This document shows positions 36,501-50,920 of a stretch of DNA of 64,000 nt, piece by piece. Source of the stretch: the human T2T-CHM13v2.0 reference genome, Homo sapiens. Where the stretch lies: NCBI RefSeq assembly GCF_009914755.1, contig NC_060942.1; one strand, given 5' to 3'. Position 1 is the first letter of the stretch. Each line of letters starts with the position of its first letter. Under the pieces are notes generated by a model that saw only the letters and a list, made by a program, of their open reading frames with translations, made no database searches and was not told the DNA's origin. A program made the translations under genes and the position numbers.

Positions 36501-39500
36501 AGAAGCATTCTCAGAAACTTCTTTGGGATGTTTGCATTCAAGTCACAGAGTAGAACATTCCCTTTGGTAGAGCAGGTTTGAAACACTCTTTTTTTAGTAT
36601 ATGGAAGTGGACATTTGGAGCGCTTTCAGGCCTACGTTGGAAAAGGAAATATCTTCCCATAACAACTAGACAGAAGCATTCTCAGAAACTAGTTTCTGAT
36701 GTGTGTCCTCAACTAACACAGTTGAACATTTCTTTAGACAGAACAGTTTTGAAACACTCTTTTTGTGGAATCTGCAAGTGGCTATTTGGCTAGATTTGAG
36801 GATTTCGTTGGAAACGGGATTACATATAAAAAGCAGACAGCAGCATTCTCAGAAAGTTCTTTGTGATGATTGCATTCAAGTCACAGAATTGAACATTCCC
36901 TTTCACAGAGCAGGTTTGAAACACTCTTTTTGTAGTGTGTGTAAGTGGACATTTGGAGCACTTTCCGGCTTAAGGTGAAAAAGGAAATATCTTCCCATAA
37001 AAACTAGACAGAAGCACTCTCAGAAACTTACTCGTGATGTGTGTCCTCAACTAAAGGAGTAGAACCTTTCTTTTCATAGAGAAGTTTTGAAACGCTCTTT
37101 TTGTGGAATCTGCAAGTGGATATTTGGCTAGTTTGGAGGATTTCGTTGGAAGCGGGAATTCATACAAATTGCAGACTGCAGCGTTCTGAGAAACATCTTT
37201 GTGATGTTTGTATTCAGGACACAGAGTTGAACATTCCCTATCATAGAGCAGGTTTGAATCACTCCTTTTGTAGTATCTGGAAGTGGACATTTGGAGCGCT
37301 TTCAGGCCTATGTTGGAAAAGGAAATATCTTCCCATAACAACTAGACAGAAGCATTCTCAGAAACTTATTTGAGATGTGTGTACTCAACTAAGAGAATTG
37401 AACCACCGTTTTGAAGGAGCAGTTTTGAAACACTCTTTTTCTGGAATCTGCAAGTGGATATTTGGCTAGCTTTGGGGATTTCGCTGGAAGCGGGAATACA
37501 TATAAAAAGCACACAGCAGCGTTCTGAGAAACTGCTTTCTGATGTTTGCATTCAAGTCAAAAGTTGAACACTCCCTTTCATAGTGCAGTCCTGAAACACT
37601 CCTTTTGTAGTATCTGGAACTGGACTTTTGGAGCGCTTTCAGGGCTAAGGTGAAAAAGGAAATATCTTCCCATAAAAACTGGACAGAAGCATTCTCAGAA
37701 ACTTGTTTATGCTGTATCTACTCAACTAACAAAGTTGAACCTTTCTTTTGATAGAGCAGTTTTGAAATGCTCTTTTTGTGGAATCTGCAAGTGGATATTT
37801 GGCTAGTTTTGAGGATTTCGTTGGAAGCGGGAATTCATACAAATTGCAGACTGCAGCGTTCTGAGAAACATCTTTGTGATGTTTGTATTCAGGACAGAGA
37901 GTTGAACATTCCCTATCATAGAGCAGGTTGGAATCACTCCTTTTGTAGTATCTGGAAGTGGACATTTGGAGCGCTTTCAGGCCTATGTTGAAAAAGGAAA
38001 TATCTTCCCATAACAACTAGACACAAGCATTCTCAGAAACTTGTTTGTGATGTGTGCCCTCTACTGACAGAGTTGAACCTTTCTTTTCATAGAGCAGTTT
38101 TGAAACACTCTTTTTGTAGAATCTGCAAGAGGATATTTGCATAGCTTTGAGGATTTCGTGGGAAACGGGATTGTCTTCAGGTAAAATCTAGACAGAAGCA
38201 TTCTCAGAAACTTCTTTGGGATGTTTGCATTCAAGTCACAGAGTAGAACATTCCCTTTGGTAGAGCAGGTTTGAAACACTCTTTTTGTAGTATCTGGAAG
38301 TGGACATTTGGAGCGCTTTCAGGCCTATGTTGGAAAGGGAAATATCTTCCCGTAACAACTAGGCAGAAGCATTCTCAGAAACTTATTTGAGATGTGTGTA
38401 CTCAACTAAGAGAATTGAACCACCGTTTTGAAGGAGCAGTTTTGAAACACTCTTTTTCTGGAATCTGCAAGAGGATATTTGCCTAGCCTTGAGGATTTCG
38501 TTGGAAACGGGATTGTCTTCAGATCAAATCTAGACAGAAGCATTCTCAGAAACTTCTTTGGGATGTTTGCATTCAAGTCACAGAGTAGAACATTCCCTTT
38601 GGTAGAGCAGGTTTGAAACACTCTTTTTTTAGTATATGGAAGTGGACATTTGGAGCGCTTTCAGGCCTACGTTGGAAAAGGAAATATCTTCCCATAACAA
38701 CTAGACAGAAGCATTCTCAGAAACTAGTTTCTGATGTGTGTCCTCAACTAACACAGTTGAACATTTCTTTAGACAGAACAGTTTTGAAACTCTCTTTTTG
38801 TGGAATCTGCAAGTGGCTATTTGGCTAGATTTGAGGATTTCGTTGGAAACGGGATTACATATAAAAAGCAGACAGCAGCATTCTCAGAAAGTTCTTTGTG
38901 ATGATTGCATTCAAGTCACAGAATTGAACATTCCCTTTCACAGAGCAGGTTTGAAACACTCTTTTTGTAGTGTGTGTAAGTGGACATTTGGAGCACTTTC
39001 CGGCCTAAGGTGAAAAAGGAAATATCTTCCCATAAAAACTAGACAGAAGCATTCTCAGAAACTTACTCGTGATGTGTGTCCTCAACTAAAGGAGTAGAAC
39101 CTTTCTTTTCATAGAGAAGTTTTGAAACGCTCTTTTTGTGGAATCTGCAAGTGGATATTTGGCTAGTTTGGAGGATTTCGTTGGAAGCGGGAATTCATAC
39201 AAATTGCAGACTGCAGCGTTCTGAGAAACATCTTTGTGATGTTTGTATTCAGGACACAGATTTGAACATTCCCTATCATAGAGCAGGTTGGAATCACTCC
39301 TTTTGTAGTATCTGGAAGTGGACATTTGGAGCGCTTTCAGGCCTATGTTGGAAAAGGAAATATCTTCCCATAACAACTAGACAGAAGCATTCTCAGAAAC
39401 TTATTTGAGATGTGTGTACTCAACTAAGAGAATTGAACCACCGTTTTGAAGGAGCAGTTTTGAAACACTCTTTTTCTGGAATCTGCAAGTGGATATTTGG

Positions 39501-42500
39501 CTAGCTTTGGGGATTTCGCTGGAGGCGGGAATACATATAAAAAGCACACAGCAGCGTTCTGAGAAACTGCTTTCTGATGTTTGCATTCAAGTCAAAAGTT
39601 GAACACTCCCTTTCATAGAGCAGTCCTGAAACACTCCTTTTGTAGTATCTGGAACTGGACTTTTGGAGCGCTTTCAGGGCTAAGGTGAAAAAGGAAATAT
39701 CTTCCCATAAAAACTGGACAGAAGCATTCTCAGAAACTTGTTTATGCTGTATCTACTCAACTAACAAAGTTGAACCTTTCTTTTGATAGAGCAGTTTTGA
39801 AATGCTCTTTTTGTGGAATCTGCAAGTGGATATTTGGCTAGTTTTGAGGATTTCGTTGGAAGCGGGAATTCATACAAATTGCAGACTGCAGCGTTCTGAG
39901 AAACATCTTTGTGATGTTTGTATTCAGGACAGAGAGTTGAACATTCCCTATCATAGAGCAGGTTGGAATCACTCCTTTTGTAGTATCTGGAAGTGGACAT
40001 TTGGAGCGCTTTCAGGCCTATGTTGAAAAAGGAAATATCTTCCCATAACAACTAGACACAAGCATTCTCAGAAACTTGTTTGTGATGTGTGCCCTCTACT
40101 GACAGAGTTGAACCTTTCTTTTCATAGAGCAGTTTTGAAACACTCTTTTTGTAGAATCTGCAAGAGGATATTTGCATAGCTTTGAGGATTTCGTGGGAAA
40201 CGGGATTGTCTTCAGGTAAAATCTAGACAGAAGCATTCTCAGAAACTTCTTTGGGATGTTTGCATTCAAGTCACAGAGTAGAACATTCCCTTTGGTAGAG
40301 CAGGTTTGAAACACTCTTTTTGTAGTATCTGGAAGTGGACATTTGGAGCGCTTTCAGGCCTATGTTGGAAAGGGAAATATCTTCCCGTAACAACTAGGCA
40401 GAAGCATTCTCAGAAACTTATTTGAGATGTGTGTACTCAACTAAGAGAATTGAACCACCGTTTTGAAGGAGCAGTTTTGAAACACTCTTTTTCTGGAATC
40501 TGCAAGAGGATATTTGCCTAGCCTTGAGGATTTCGTTGGAAACGGGATTGTCTTCAGATCAAATCTAGACAGAAGCATTCTCAGAAACTTCTTTGGGATG
40601 TTTGCATTCAAGTCACAGAGTAGAACATTCCCTTTGGTAGAGCAGGTTTGAAACACTCTTTTTTTAGTATATGGAAGTGGACATTTGGAGCGCTTTCAGG
40701 CCTACGTTGGAAAAGGAAATATCTTCCCATAACAACTAGACAGAAGCATTCTCAGAAACTAGTTTCTGATGTGTGTCCTCAACTAACACAGTTGAACATT
40801 TCTTTAGACAGAACAGTTTTGAAACTCTCTTTTTGTGGAATCTGCAAGTGGCTATTTGGCTAGATTTGAGGATTTCGTTGGAAACGGGATTACATATAAA
40901 AAGCAGACAGCAGCATTCTCAGAAAGTTCTTTGTGATGATTGCATTCAAGTCACAGAATTGAACATTCCCTTTCACAGAGCAGGTTTGAAACACTCTTTT
41001 TGTAGTGTGTGTAAGTGGACATTTGGAGCACTTTCCGGCCTAAGGTGAAAAAGGAAATATCTTCCCATAAAAACTAGACAGAAGCATTCTCAGAAACTTA
41101 CTCGTGATGTGTGTCCTCAACTAAAGGAGTAGAACCTTTCTTTTCATAGAGAAGTTTTGAAACGCTCTTTTTGTGGAATCTGCAAGTGGATATTTGGCTA
41201 GTTTGGAGGATTTCGTTGGAAGCGGGAATTCATACAAATTGCAGACTGCAGCGTTCTGAGAAACATCTTTGTGATGTTTGTATTCAGGACACAGATTTGA
41301 ACATTCCCTATCATAGAGCAGGTTGGAATCACTCCTTTTGTAGTATCTGGAAGTGGACATTTGGAGCGCTTTCAGGCCTATGTTGGAAAAGGAAATATCT
41401 TCCCATAACAACTAGACAGAAGCATTCTCAGAAACTTATTTGAGATGTGTGTACTCAACTAAGAGAATTGAACCACCGTTTTGAAGGAGCAGTTTTGAAA
41501 CACTCTTTTTCTGGAATCTGCAAGTGGATATTTGGCTAGCTTTGGGGATTTCGCTGGAGGCGGGAATACATATAAAAAGCACACAGCAGCGTTCTGAGAA
41601 ACTGCTTTCTGATGTTTGCATTCAAGTCAAAAGTTGAACACTCCCTTTCATAGAGCAGTCCTGAAACACTCCTTTTGTAGTATCTGGAACTGGACTTTTG
41701 GAGCGCTTTCAGGGCTAAGGTGAAAAAGGAAATATCTTCCCATAAAAACTGGACAGAAGCATTCTCAGAAACTTGTTTATGCTGTATCTACTCAACTAAC
41801 AAAGTTGAACCTTTCTTTTGATAGAGCAGTTTTGAAATGCTCTTTTTGTGGAATCTGCAAGTGGATATTTGGCTAGTTTTGAGGATTTCGTTGGAAGCGG
41901 GAATTCATACAAATTGCAGACTGCAGCGTTCTGAGAAACATCTTTGTGATGTTTGTATTCAGGACAGAGAGTTGAACATTCCCTATCATAGAGCAGGTTG
42001 GAATCACTCCTTTTGTAGTATCTGGAAGTGGACATTTGGAGCGCTTTCTGGCCTATGTTGAAAAAGGAAATATCTTCCCATAACAACTAGACACAAGCAT
42101 TCTCAGAAACTTGTTTGTGATGTGTGCCCTCTACTGACAGAGTTGAACCTTTCTTTTCATAGAGCAGTTTTGAAACACTCTTTTTGTAGAATCTGCAAGA
42201 GGATATTTGCATAGCTTTGAGGATTTCGTGGGAAACGGGATTGTCTTCAGGTAAAATCTAGACAGTAGCATTCTCAGAAACTTCTTTGGGATGTTTGCAT
42301 TCAAGTCACAGAGTAGAACATTCCCTTTGGTAGAGCAGGTTTGAAACACTCTTTTTGTAGTATCTGGAAGTGGACATTTGGAGCGCTTTCAGGCCTATGT
42401 TGGAAAGGGAAATATCTTCCGGTAACAACTAGGCAGAAGCATTCTCAGAAACTTATTTGAGATGTGTGTACTCAACTAAGAGAATTGAACCACCGTTTTG

Positions 42501-45500
42501 AAGGAGCAGTTTTGAAACACTCTTTTTCTGGAATCTGCAAGAGGATATTTGCCTAGCTTTGAGGATTTCGTTGGAAACGGGATTGTCTTCAGATCAAATC
42601 TAGACAGAAGCATTCTCAGAAACTTCTTTGGGATGTTTGCATTCAAGTCACAGAGTAGAACATTCCCTTTGGTAGAGCAGGTGTGAAACACTCTTTTTTT
42701 AGTATATGGAAGTGGACATTTGGAGCGCTTTCAGGCCTACGTTGGAAAAGGAAATATCTTCCCATAACAACTAGACAGAAGCATTCTCAGAAACTAGTTT
42801 CTGATGTGTGTCCTCAACTAACACAGTTGAACATTTCTTTAGACAGAACAGTTTTGAAACTCACTTTTTGTGGAATCTGCAAGTGGCTATTTGGCTAGAT
42901 TTGAGGATTTCGTTGGAAACGGGATTACATATAAAAAGCAGACAGCAGCATTCTCAGAAAGTTCTTTGTGATGATTGCATTCAAGTCACAGAATTGAACA
43001 TTCCCTTTCACAGAGCAGGTTTGAAACACTCTTTTTGTAGTGTGTGTAAGTGGACATTTGGAGCACTTTCCGGCCTAAGGTGAGAAAGGAAATATCTTCC
43101 CATAAAAACTAGACAGAAGCATTCTCAGAAACTTACTCGTGATGTGTGTCCTCAACTAAAGGAGTAGAACCTTTCTTTCATAGAGAAGTTTTGAAACGCT
43201 CTTTTTGTGGTATCTGTAAGTGGATATTTGGCTAGTTTGGAGGATTTCGTTGGAAGCGGGAATTCATACAAATTGCAGACTGCAGCGTTCTGAGAAACAT
43301 CTTTGTGATGTTTGTATTCAGGACACAGAGTTGAACATTCCCTATCATAGAGCAGGTTGGAATCACTCCTTTTGTAGTATCTGGAAGTGGACATTTGGAG
43401 CGCTTTCAGGCCTATGTTGGAAAAGGAAATATCTTCCCATAACAACTAGACAGAAGCATTCTCAGAAACTTATTTGAGATGTGTGTACTCAACTAAGAGA
43501 ATTGAACCACCGTTTTGAAGGAGCAGTTTTGAAACACTCTTTTTCTGGAATCTGCAAGTGGATATTTGGCTAGCTTTGGGGATTTCGCTGGAAGCGGGAA
43601 TACATATAAAAAGCACACAGCAGCGTTCTGAGAAACTGCTTTCTGATGTTTGCATTCAAGTCAAAAGTTGAACACTCCCTTTCATAGTGCAGTCCTGAAA
43701 CACTCCTTTTGTAGTATCTGGAACTGGACTTTTGGAGCGCTTTCAGGGCTAAGGTGAAAAAGGAAATATCTTCCCATAAAAACTGGACAGAAGCATTCTC
43801 AGAAACTTGTTTATGCTGTATCTACTCAACTAACAAAGTTGAACCTTTCTTTTGATAGAGCAGTTTTGAAATGCTCTTTTTGTGGAATCTGCAAGTGGAT
43901 ATTTGGCTAGTTTTGAGGATTTCGTTGGAAGCGGGAATTCATACAAATTGCAGACTGCAGCGTTCTGAGAAACATCTTTGTGATGTTTGTATTCAGGACA
44001 GAGAGTTGAACATTCCCTATCATAGAGCAGGTTGGAATCACTCCTTTTGTAGTATCTGGAAGTGGACATTTGGAGCGCTTTCAGGCCTATGTTGAAAAAG
44101 GAAATATCTTCCCATAACAACTAGACACAAGCATTCTCAGAAACTTGTTTGTGATGTGTGCCCTCTACTGACAGAGTTGAACCTTTCTTTTCATAGAGCA
44201 GTTTTGAAACACTCTTTTTGTAGAATCTGCAAGAGGATATTTGCATAGCTTTGAGGATTTCGTGGGAAACGGGATTGTCTTCAGGTAAAATCTAGACAGA
44301 AGCATTCTCAGAAACTTCTTTGGGATGTTTGCATTCAAGTCACAGAGTAGAACATTCCCTTTGGTAGAGCAGGTTTGAAACACTCTTTTTGTAGTATCTG
44401 GAAGTGGACATTTGGAGCGCTTTCAGGCCTATGTTGGAAAGGGAAATATCTTCCCGTAACAACTAGGCAGAAGCATTCTCAGAAACTTATTTGAGATGTG
44501 TGTACTCAACTAAGAGAATTGAACCACCGTTTTGAAGGAGCAGTTTTGAAACACTCTTTTTCTGGAATCTGCAAGAGGATATTTGCCTAGCCTTGAGGAT
44601 TTCGTTGGAAACGGGATTGTCTTCAGATCAAATCTAGACAGAAGCATTCTCAGAAACTTCTTTGGGATGTTTGCATTCAAGTCACAGAGTAGAACATTCC
44701 CTTTGGTAGAGCAGGTTTGAAACACTCTTTTTTTAGTATATGGAAGTGGACATTTGGAGCGCTTTCAGGCCTACGTTGGAAAAGGAAATATCTTCCCATA
44801 ACAACTAGACAGAAGCATTCTCAGAAACTAGTTTCTGATGTGTGTCCTCAACTAACACAGTTGAACATTTCTTTAGACAGAACAGTTTTGAAACACTCTT
44901 TTTGTGGAATCTGCAAGTGGCTATTTGGCTAGATTTGAGGATTTCGTTGGAAACGGGATTACATATAAAAAGCAGACAGCAGCATTCTCAGAAAGTTCTT
45001 TGTGATGATTGCATTCAAGTCACAGAATTGAACATTCCCTTCCACAGAGCAGGTTTGAAACACTCTTTTTGTAGTGTGTGTAAGTGGACATTTGGAGCAC
45101 TTTCCGGCCTAAGGTGAAAAAGGAAATATCTTCCCATAAAAACTAGACAGAAGCACTCTCAGAAACTTACTCGTGATGTGTGTCCTCAACTAAAGGAGTA
45201 GAACCTTTCTTTTCATAGAGAAGTTTTGAAACGCTCTTTTTGTGGAATCTGCAAGTGGATATTTGGCTAGTTTGGAGGATTTCGTTGGAAGCGGGAATTC
45301 ATACAAATTGCAGACTGCAGCGTTCTGAGAAACATCTTTGTGATGTTTGTATTCAGGACACAGAGTTGAACATTCCCTATCATAGAGCAGGTTTGAATCA
45401 CTCCTTTTGTAGTATCTGGAAGTGGACATTTGGAGCGCTTTCAGGCCTATGTTGGAAAAGGAAATATCTTCCCATAACAACTAGACAGAAGCATTCTCAG

Positions 45501-48500
45501 AAACTTATTTGAGATGTGTGTACTCAACTAAGAGAATTGAACCACCGTTTTGAAGGAGCAGTTTTGAAACACTCTTTTTCTGAAATCTGCAAGTGGATAT
45601 TTGGCTAGCTTTGGGGATTTGGCTGGAAGCGGGAATACATATAAAAAGCACACAGCAGCGTTCTGAGAAACTGCTTTCTGATGTTTGCATTCAAGTCAAA
45701 AGTTGAACACTCCCTTTCATAGTGCAGTCCTGAAACACTCCTTTTGTAGTATCTGGAACTGGACTTTTGGAGCGCTTTCTGGCCTATGTTGAAAAAGGAA
45801 ATATCTTCCCATAAAAACTGGACAGAAGCATTCTCAGAAACTTGTTTATGCTGTATCTACTCAACTAACAAAGTTGAACCTTTCTTTTGATAGAGCAGTT
45901 TTGAAATGCTCTTTTTGTGGAATCTGCAAGTGGATATTTGGCTAGTTTTGAGGATTTCGTTGGAAGCGGGAATTCATACAAATTGCAGACTGCAGCGTTC
46001 TGAGAAACATCTTTGTGATGTTTGTATTCAGGACAGAGAGTTGAACATTCCCTATCATAGAGCAGGTTGGAATCACTCCTTTTGTAGTATCTGGAAGTGG
46101 ACATTTGGAGCGCTTTCAGGCCTATGTTGAAAAAGGAAATATCTTCCCATAACAACTAGACACAAGCATTCTCAGAAACTTGTTTGTGATGTGTGCCCTC
46201 TACTGACAGAGTTGAACCTTTCTTTTCATAGAGCAGTTTTGAAACACTCTTTTTGTAGAATCTGCAAGAGGATATTTGCATAGCTTTGAGGATTTCGTGG
46301 GAAACGGGATTGTCTTCAGGTAAAATCTAGACAGAAGCATTCTCAGAAACTTCTTTGGGATGTTTGCATTCAAGTCACAGAGTAGAACATTCCCTTTGGT
46401 AGAGCAGGTTTGAAACACTCTTTTTGTAGTATCTGGAAGTGGACATTTGGAGCGCTTTCAGGCCTATGTTGGAAAGGGAAATATCTTCCCGTAACAACTA
46501 GGCAGAAGCATTCTCAGAAACTTATTTGAGATGTGTGTACTCAACTAAGAGAATTGAACCACCGTTTTGAAGGAGCAGTTTTGAAACACTCTTTTTCTGG
46601 AATCTGCAAGACGATATTTGCCTAGCCTTGAGGATTTCGTTGGAAACGGGATTGTCTTCAGATCAAATCTAGACAGAAGCATTCTCAGAAACTTCTTTGG
46701 GATGTTTGCATTCAAGTCACAGAGTAGAACATTCCCTTTGGTAGAGCAGGTTTGAAACACTCTTTTTTTAGTATATGGAAGTGGACATTTGGAGCGCTTT
46801 CAGGCCTACGTTGGAAAAGGAAATATCTTCCCATAACAACTAGACAGAAGCATTCTCAGAAACTAGTTTCTGATGTGTGTCCTCAACTAACACAGTTGAA
46901 CATTTCTTTAGACAGAACAGTTTTGAAACACTCTTTTTGTGGAATCTGCAAGTGGCTATTTGGCTAGATTTGAGGATTTCGTTGGAAACGGGATTACATA
47001 TAAAAAGCAGACAGCAGCATTCTCAGAAAGTTCTTTGTGATGATTGCATTCAAGTCACAGAATTGAACATTCCCTTTCACAGAGCAGGTTTGAAACACTC
47101 TTTTTGCAGTGTGTGTAAGTGGACATTTGGAGCACTTTCCGGCCTAAGGTGAAAAAGGAAATATCTTCCCATAAAAACTAGACAGAAGCACTCTCAGAAA
47201 CTTACTCGTGATGTGTGTCCTCAACTAAAGGAGTAGAACCTTTCTTTTCATAGAGAAGTTTTGAAACGCTCTTTTTGTGGAATCTGCAAGTGGATATTTG
47301 GCTAGTTTGCAGGATTTCGTTGGAAGCGGGAATTCATACAAATTGCAGACTGCAGCGTTCTGAGAAACATCTTTGTGATGTTTGTATTCAGGACACAGAG
47401 TTGAACATTCCCTATCATAGAGCAGGTTTGAATCACTCCTTTTGTAGTATCTGGAAGTGGACATTTGGAGCGCTTTCAGGCCTATGTTGGAAAAGGAAAT
47501 ATCTTCCCATAACAACTAGACAGAAGCATTCTCAGAAACTTATTTGAGATGTGTGTACTCAACTAAGAGAATTGAACCACCGTTTTGAAGGAGCAGTTTT
47601 GAAACACTCTTTTTCTGGAATCTGCAAGTGGATATTTGGCTAGCTTTGGGGATTTCGCTGGAAGCGGGAATACATATAAAAAGCACACAGCAGCGTTCTG
47701 AGAAACTGCTTTCTGATGTTTGCATTCAAGTCAAAAGTTGAACACTCCCTTTCATAGAGCAGTCCTGAAACACTCCTTTTGTAGTATCTGGAACTGGACT
47801 TTTGGAGCGCTTTCAGGGCTAAGGTGAAAAAGGAAATATCTTCCCATAAAAACTGGACAGAATCATTCTCAGAAACTTGTTTATGCTGTATCTACTCAAC
47901 TAACATAGTTGAACCTTTCTTTTGATAGAGCAGTTTTGAAATGCTCTTTTTGTGGAATCTGCAAGTGGATATTTGGCTAGTTTTGAGGATTTCGTTGGAA
48001 GCGGGAATTCATACAAATTGCAGACTGCAGCGTTCTGAGAAACATCTTTGTGATGTTTGTATTCAGGACAGAGAGTTGAACATTCCCTATCATAGAGCAG
48101 GTTGGAATCACTCCTTTTGTAGTATCTGGAAGTGGACATTTGGAGCGCTTTCAGGCCTATGTTGAAAAAGGAAATATCTTCCCATAACAACTAGACACAA
48201 GCATTCTCAGAAACTTGTTTGTGATGTGTGCCCTCTACTGACAGAGTTGAACCTTTCTTTTCATAGAGCAGTTTTGAAACACTCTTTTTGTAGAATCTGC
48301 AAGAGGATATTTGCATAGCTTTGAGGATTTCGTGGGAAACGGGATTGTCTTCAGGTAAAATCTAGACAGAAGCATTCTCAGAAACTTCTTTGGGATGTTT
48401 GCATTCAAGTCACAGAGTAGAACATTCCCTTTGGTAGAGCAGGTTTGAAACACTCTTTTTGTAGTATCTGGAAGTGGACATTTGGAGCGCTTTCAGGCCT

Positions 48501-50920
48501 ATGTTGGAAAGGGAAATATCTTCCCGTAACAACTAGGCAGAAGCATTCTCAGAAACTTATTTGAGATGTGTGTACTCAACTAAGAGAATTGAACCACCGT
48601 TTTGAAGGAGCAGTTTTGAAACACTCTTTTTCTGGAATCTGCAAGAGGATATTTGCCTAGCCTTGAGGATTTCGTTGGAAACGGGATTGTCTTCAGATCA
48701 AATCTAGACAGAAGCATTCTCAGAAACTTCTTTGGGATGTTTGCATTCAAGTCACAGAGTAGAACATTCCCTTTGGTAGAGCAGGTTTGAAACACTCTTT
48801 TTTTAGTATATGGAAGTGGACATTTGGAGCGCTTTCAGGCCTACGTTGGAAAAGGAAATATCTTCCCATAACAACTAGACAGAAGCATTCTCAGAAACTA
48901 GTTTCTGATGTGTGTCCTCAACTAACACAGTTGAACATTTCTTTAGACAGAACAGTTTTGAAACTCTCTTTTTGTGGAATCTGCAAGTGGCTATTTGGCT
49001 AGATTTGAGGATTTCGTTGGAAACGGGATTACATATAAAAAGCAGACAGCAGCATTCTCAGAAAGTTCTTTGTGATGATTGCATTCAAGTCACAGAATTG
49101 AACATTCCCTTTCACAGAGCAGGTTTGAAACACTCTTTTTATAGTGTGTGTAAGTGGACATTTGGAGCACTTTCCGGCCTAAGGTGAAAAAGGAAATATC
49201 TTCCCATAAAAACTAGACAGAAGCATTCTCAGAAACTTACTCGTGATGTGTGTCCTCAACTAAAGGAGTAGAACCTTTCTTTTCATAGAGAAGTTTTGAA
49301 ACGCTCTTTTTGTGGAATCTGCAAGTGGATATTTGGCTAGTTTGGAGGATTTCGTTGGAAGCGGGAATTCATACAAATTGCAGACTGCAGCGTTCTGAGA
49401 AACATCTTTGTGATGTTTGTATTCAGGACACAGAGTTGAACATTCCCTATCATAGAGCAGGTTGGAATCACTCCTTTTGTAGTATCTGGAAGTGGACATT
49501 TGGAGCGCTTTCAGGCCTATGTTGGAAAAGGAAATATCTTCCCATAACAACTAGACAGAAGCATTCTCAGAAACTTATTTGAGATGTGTGTACTCAACTA
49601 AGAGAATTGAACCACCGTTTTGAAGGAGCAGTTTTGAAACACTCTTTTTCTGGAATCTGCAAGTGGATATTTGGCTAGCTTTGGGGATTTCGCTGGAAGC
49701 GGGAATACATATAAAAAGCACACAGCAGCGTTCTGAGAAACTGCTTTCTGATGTTTGCATTCAAGTCAAAAGTTGAACACTCCCTTTCATAGAGCAGTCC
49801 TGAAACACTCCTTTTGTAGTATCTGGAACTGGACTTTTGGAGCGCTTTCAGGGCTAAGGTGAAAAAGGAAATATCTTCCCATAAAAACTGGACAGAAGCA
49901 TTCTCAGAAACTTGTTTATGCTGTATCTACTCAACTAACAAAGTTGAACCTTTCTTTTGATAGAGCAGTTTTGAAATGCTCTTTTTGTGGAATCTGCAAG
50001 TGGATATTTGGCTAGTTTTGAGGATTTCGTTGGAAGCGGGAATTCATACAAATTGCAGACTGCAGCGTTCTGAGAAACATCTTTGTGATGTTTGTATTCA
50101 GGACAGAGAGTTGAACATTCCCTATCATAGAGCAGTTTGGAATCACTCCTTTTGTAGTATCTGGAAGTGGACATTTGGAGCGCTTTCAGGCCTATGTTGA
50201 AAAAGGAAATATCTTCCCATAACAACTAGACACAAGCATTCTCAGAAACTTGTTTGTGATGTGTGCCCTCTACTGACAGAGTTGAACCTTTCTTTTCATA
50301 GAGCAGTTTTGAAACACTCTTTTTGTAGAATCTGCAAGAGGATATTTGCATAGCTTTGAGGATTACGTGGGAAACGGGATTGTCTTCAGGTAAAATCTAG
50401 ACAGAAGCATTCTCAGAAACTTCTTTGGGATGTTTGCATTCAAGTCACAGAGTAGAACATTCCCTTTGGTAGAGTAGGTTTGAAACACTCTTTTTGTAGT
50501 ATCTGGAAGTGGACATTTGGAGCGCTTTCAGGCCTATGTTGGAAAGGGAAATATCTTCCCGTAACAACTAGGCAGAAGCATTCTCAGAAACTTATTTGAG
50601 ATGTGTGTACTCAACTAAGAGAATTGAACCACCGTTTTGAAGGAGCAGTTTTGAAACACTCTTTTTCTGGAATCTGCAAGAGGATATTTGCCTAGCCTTG
50701 AGGATTTCGTTGGAAACGGGATTGTCTTCAGATCAAATCTAGACAGAAGCATTCTCAGAAACTTCTTTGGGATGTTTGCATTCAAGTCACAGAGTAGAAC
50801 ATTCCCTTTGGTAGAGCAGGTTTGAAACACTCTTTTTTTAGTATATGGAAGTGGACATTTGGAGCGCATTCAGGCCTACGTTGGAAAAGGAAATATCTTC
50901 CCATAACAACTAGACAGAAG
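30573..50920 (+). repeat. Uninterrupted run of ten full-length 12-mer HORs
   Basis: Unit starts 30573, 32608, 34643, 36677, 38712, 40747, 42782, 44816, 46851, 48886 (spacing 2034-2035). Confidence 0.93.

Noticed and set aside
30573-50920. Calling the pure 12-mer run the kinetochore site / centromere dip region
   Set aside because: CENP-A occupancy and hypomethylation are epigenetic and cannot be inferred from sequence alone.
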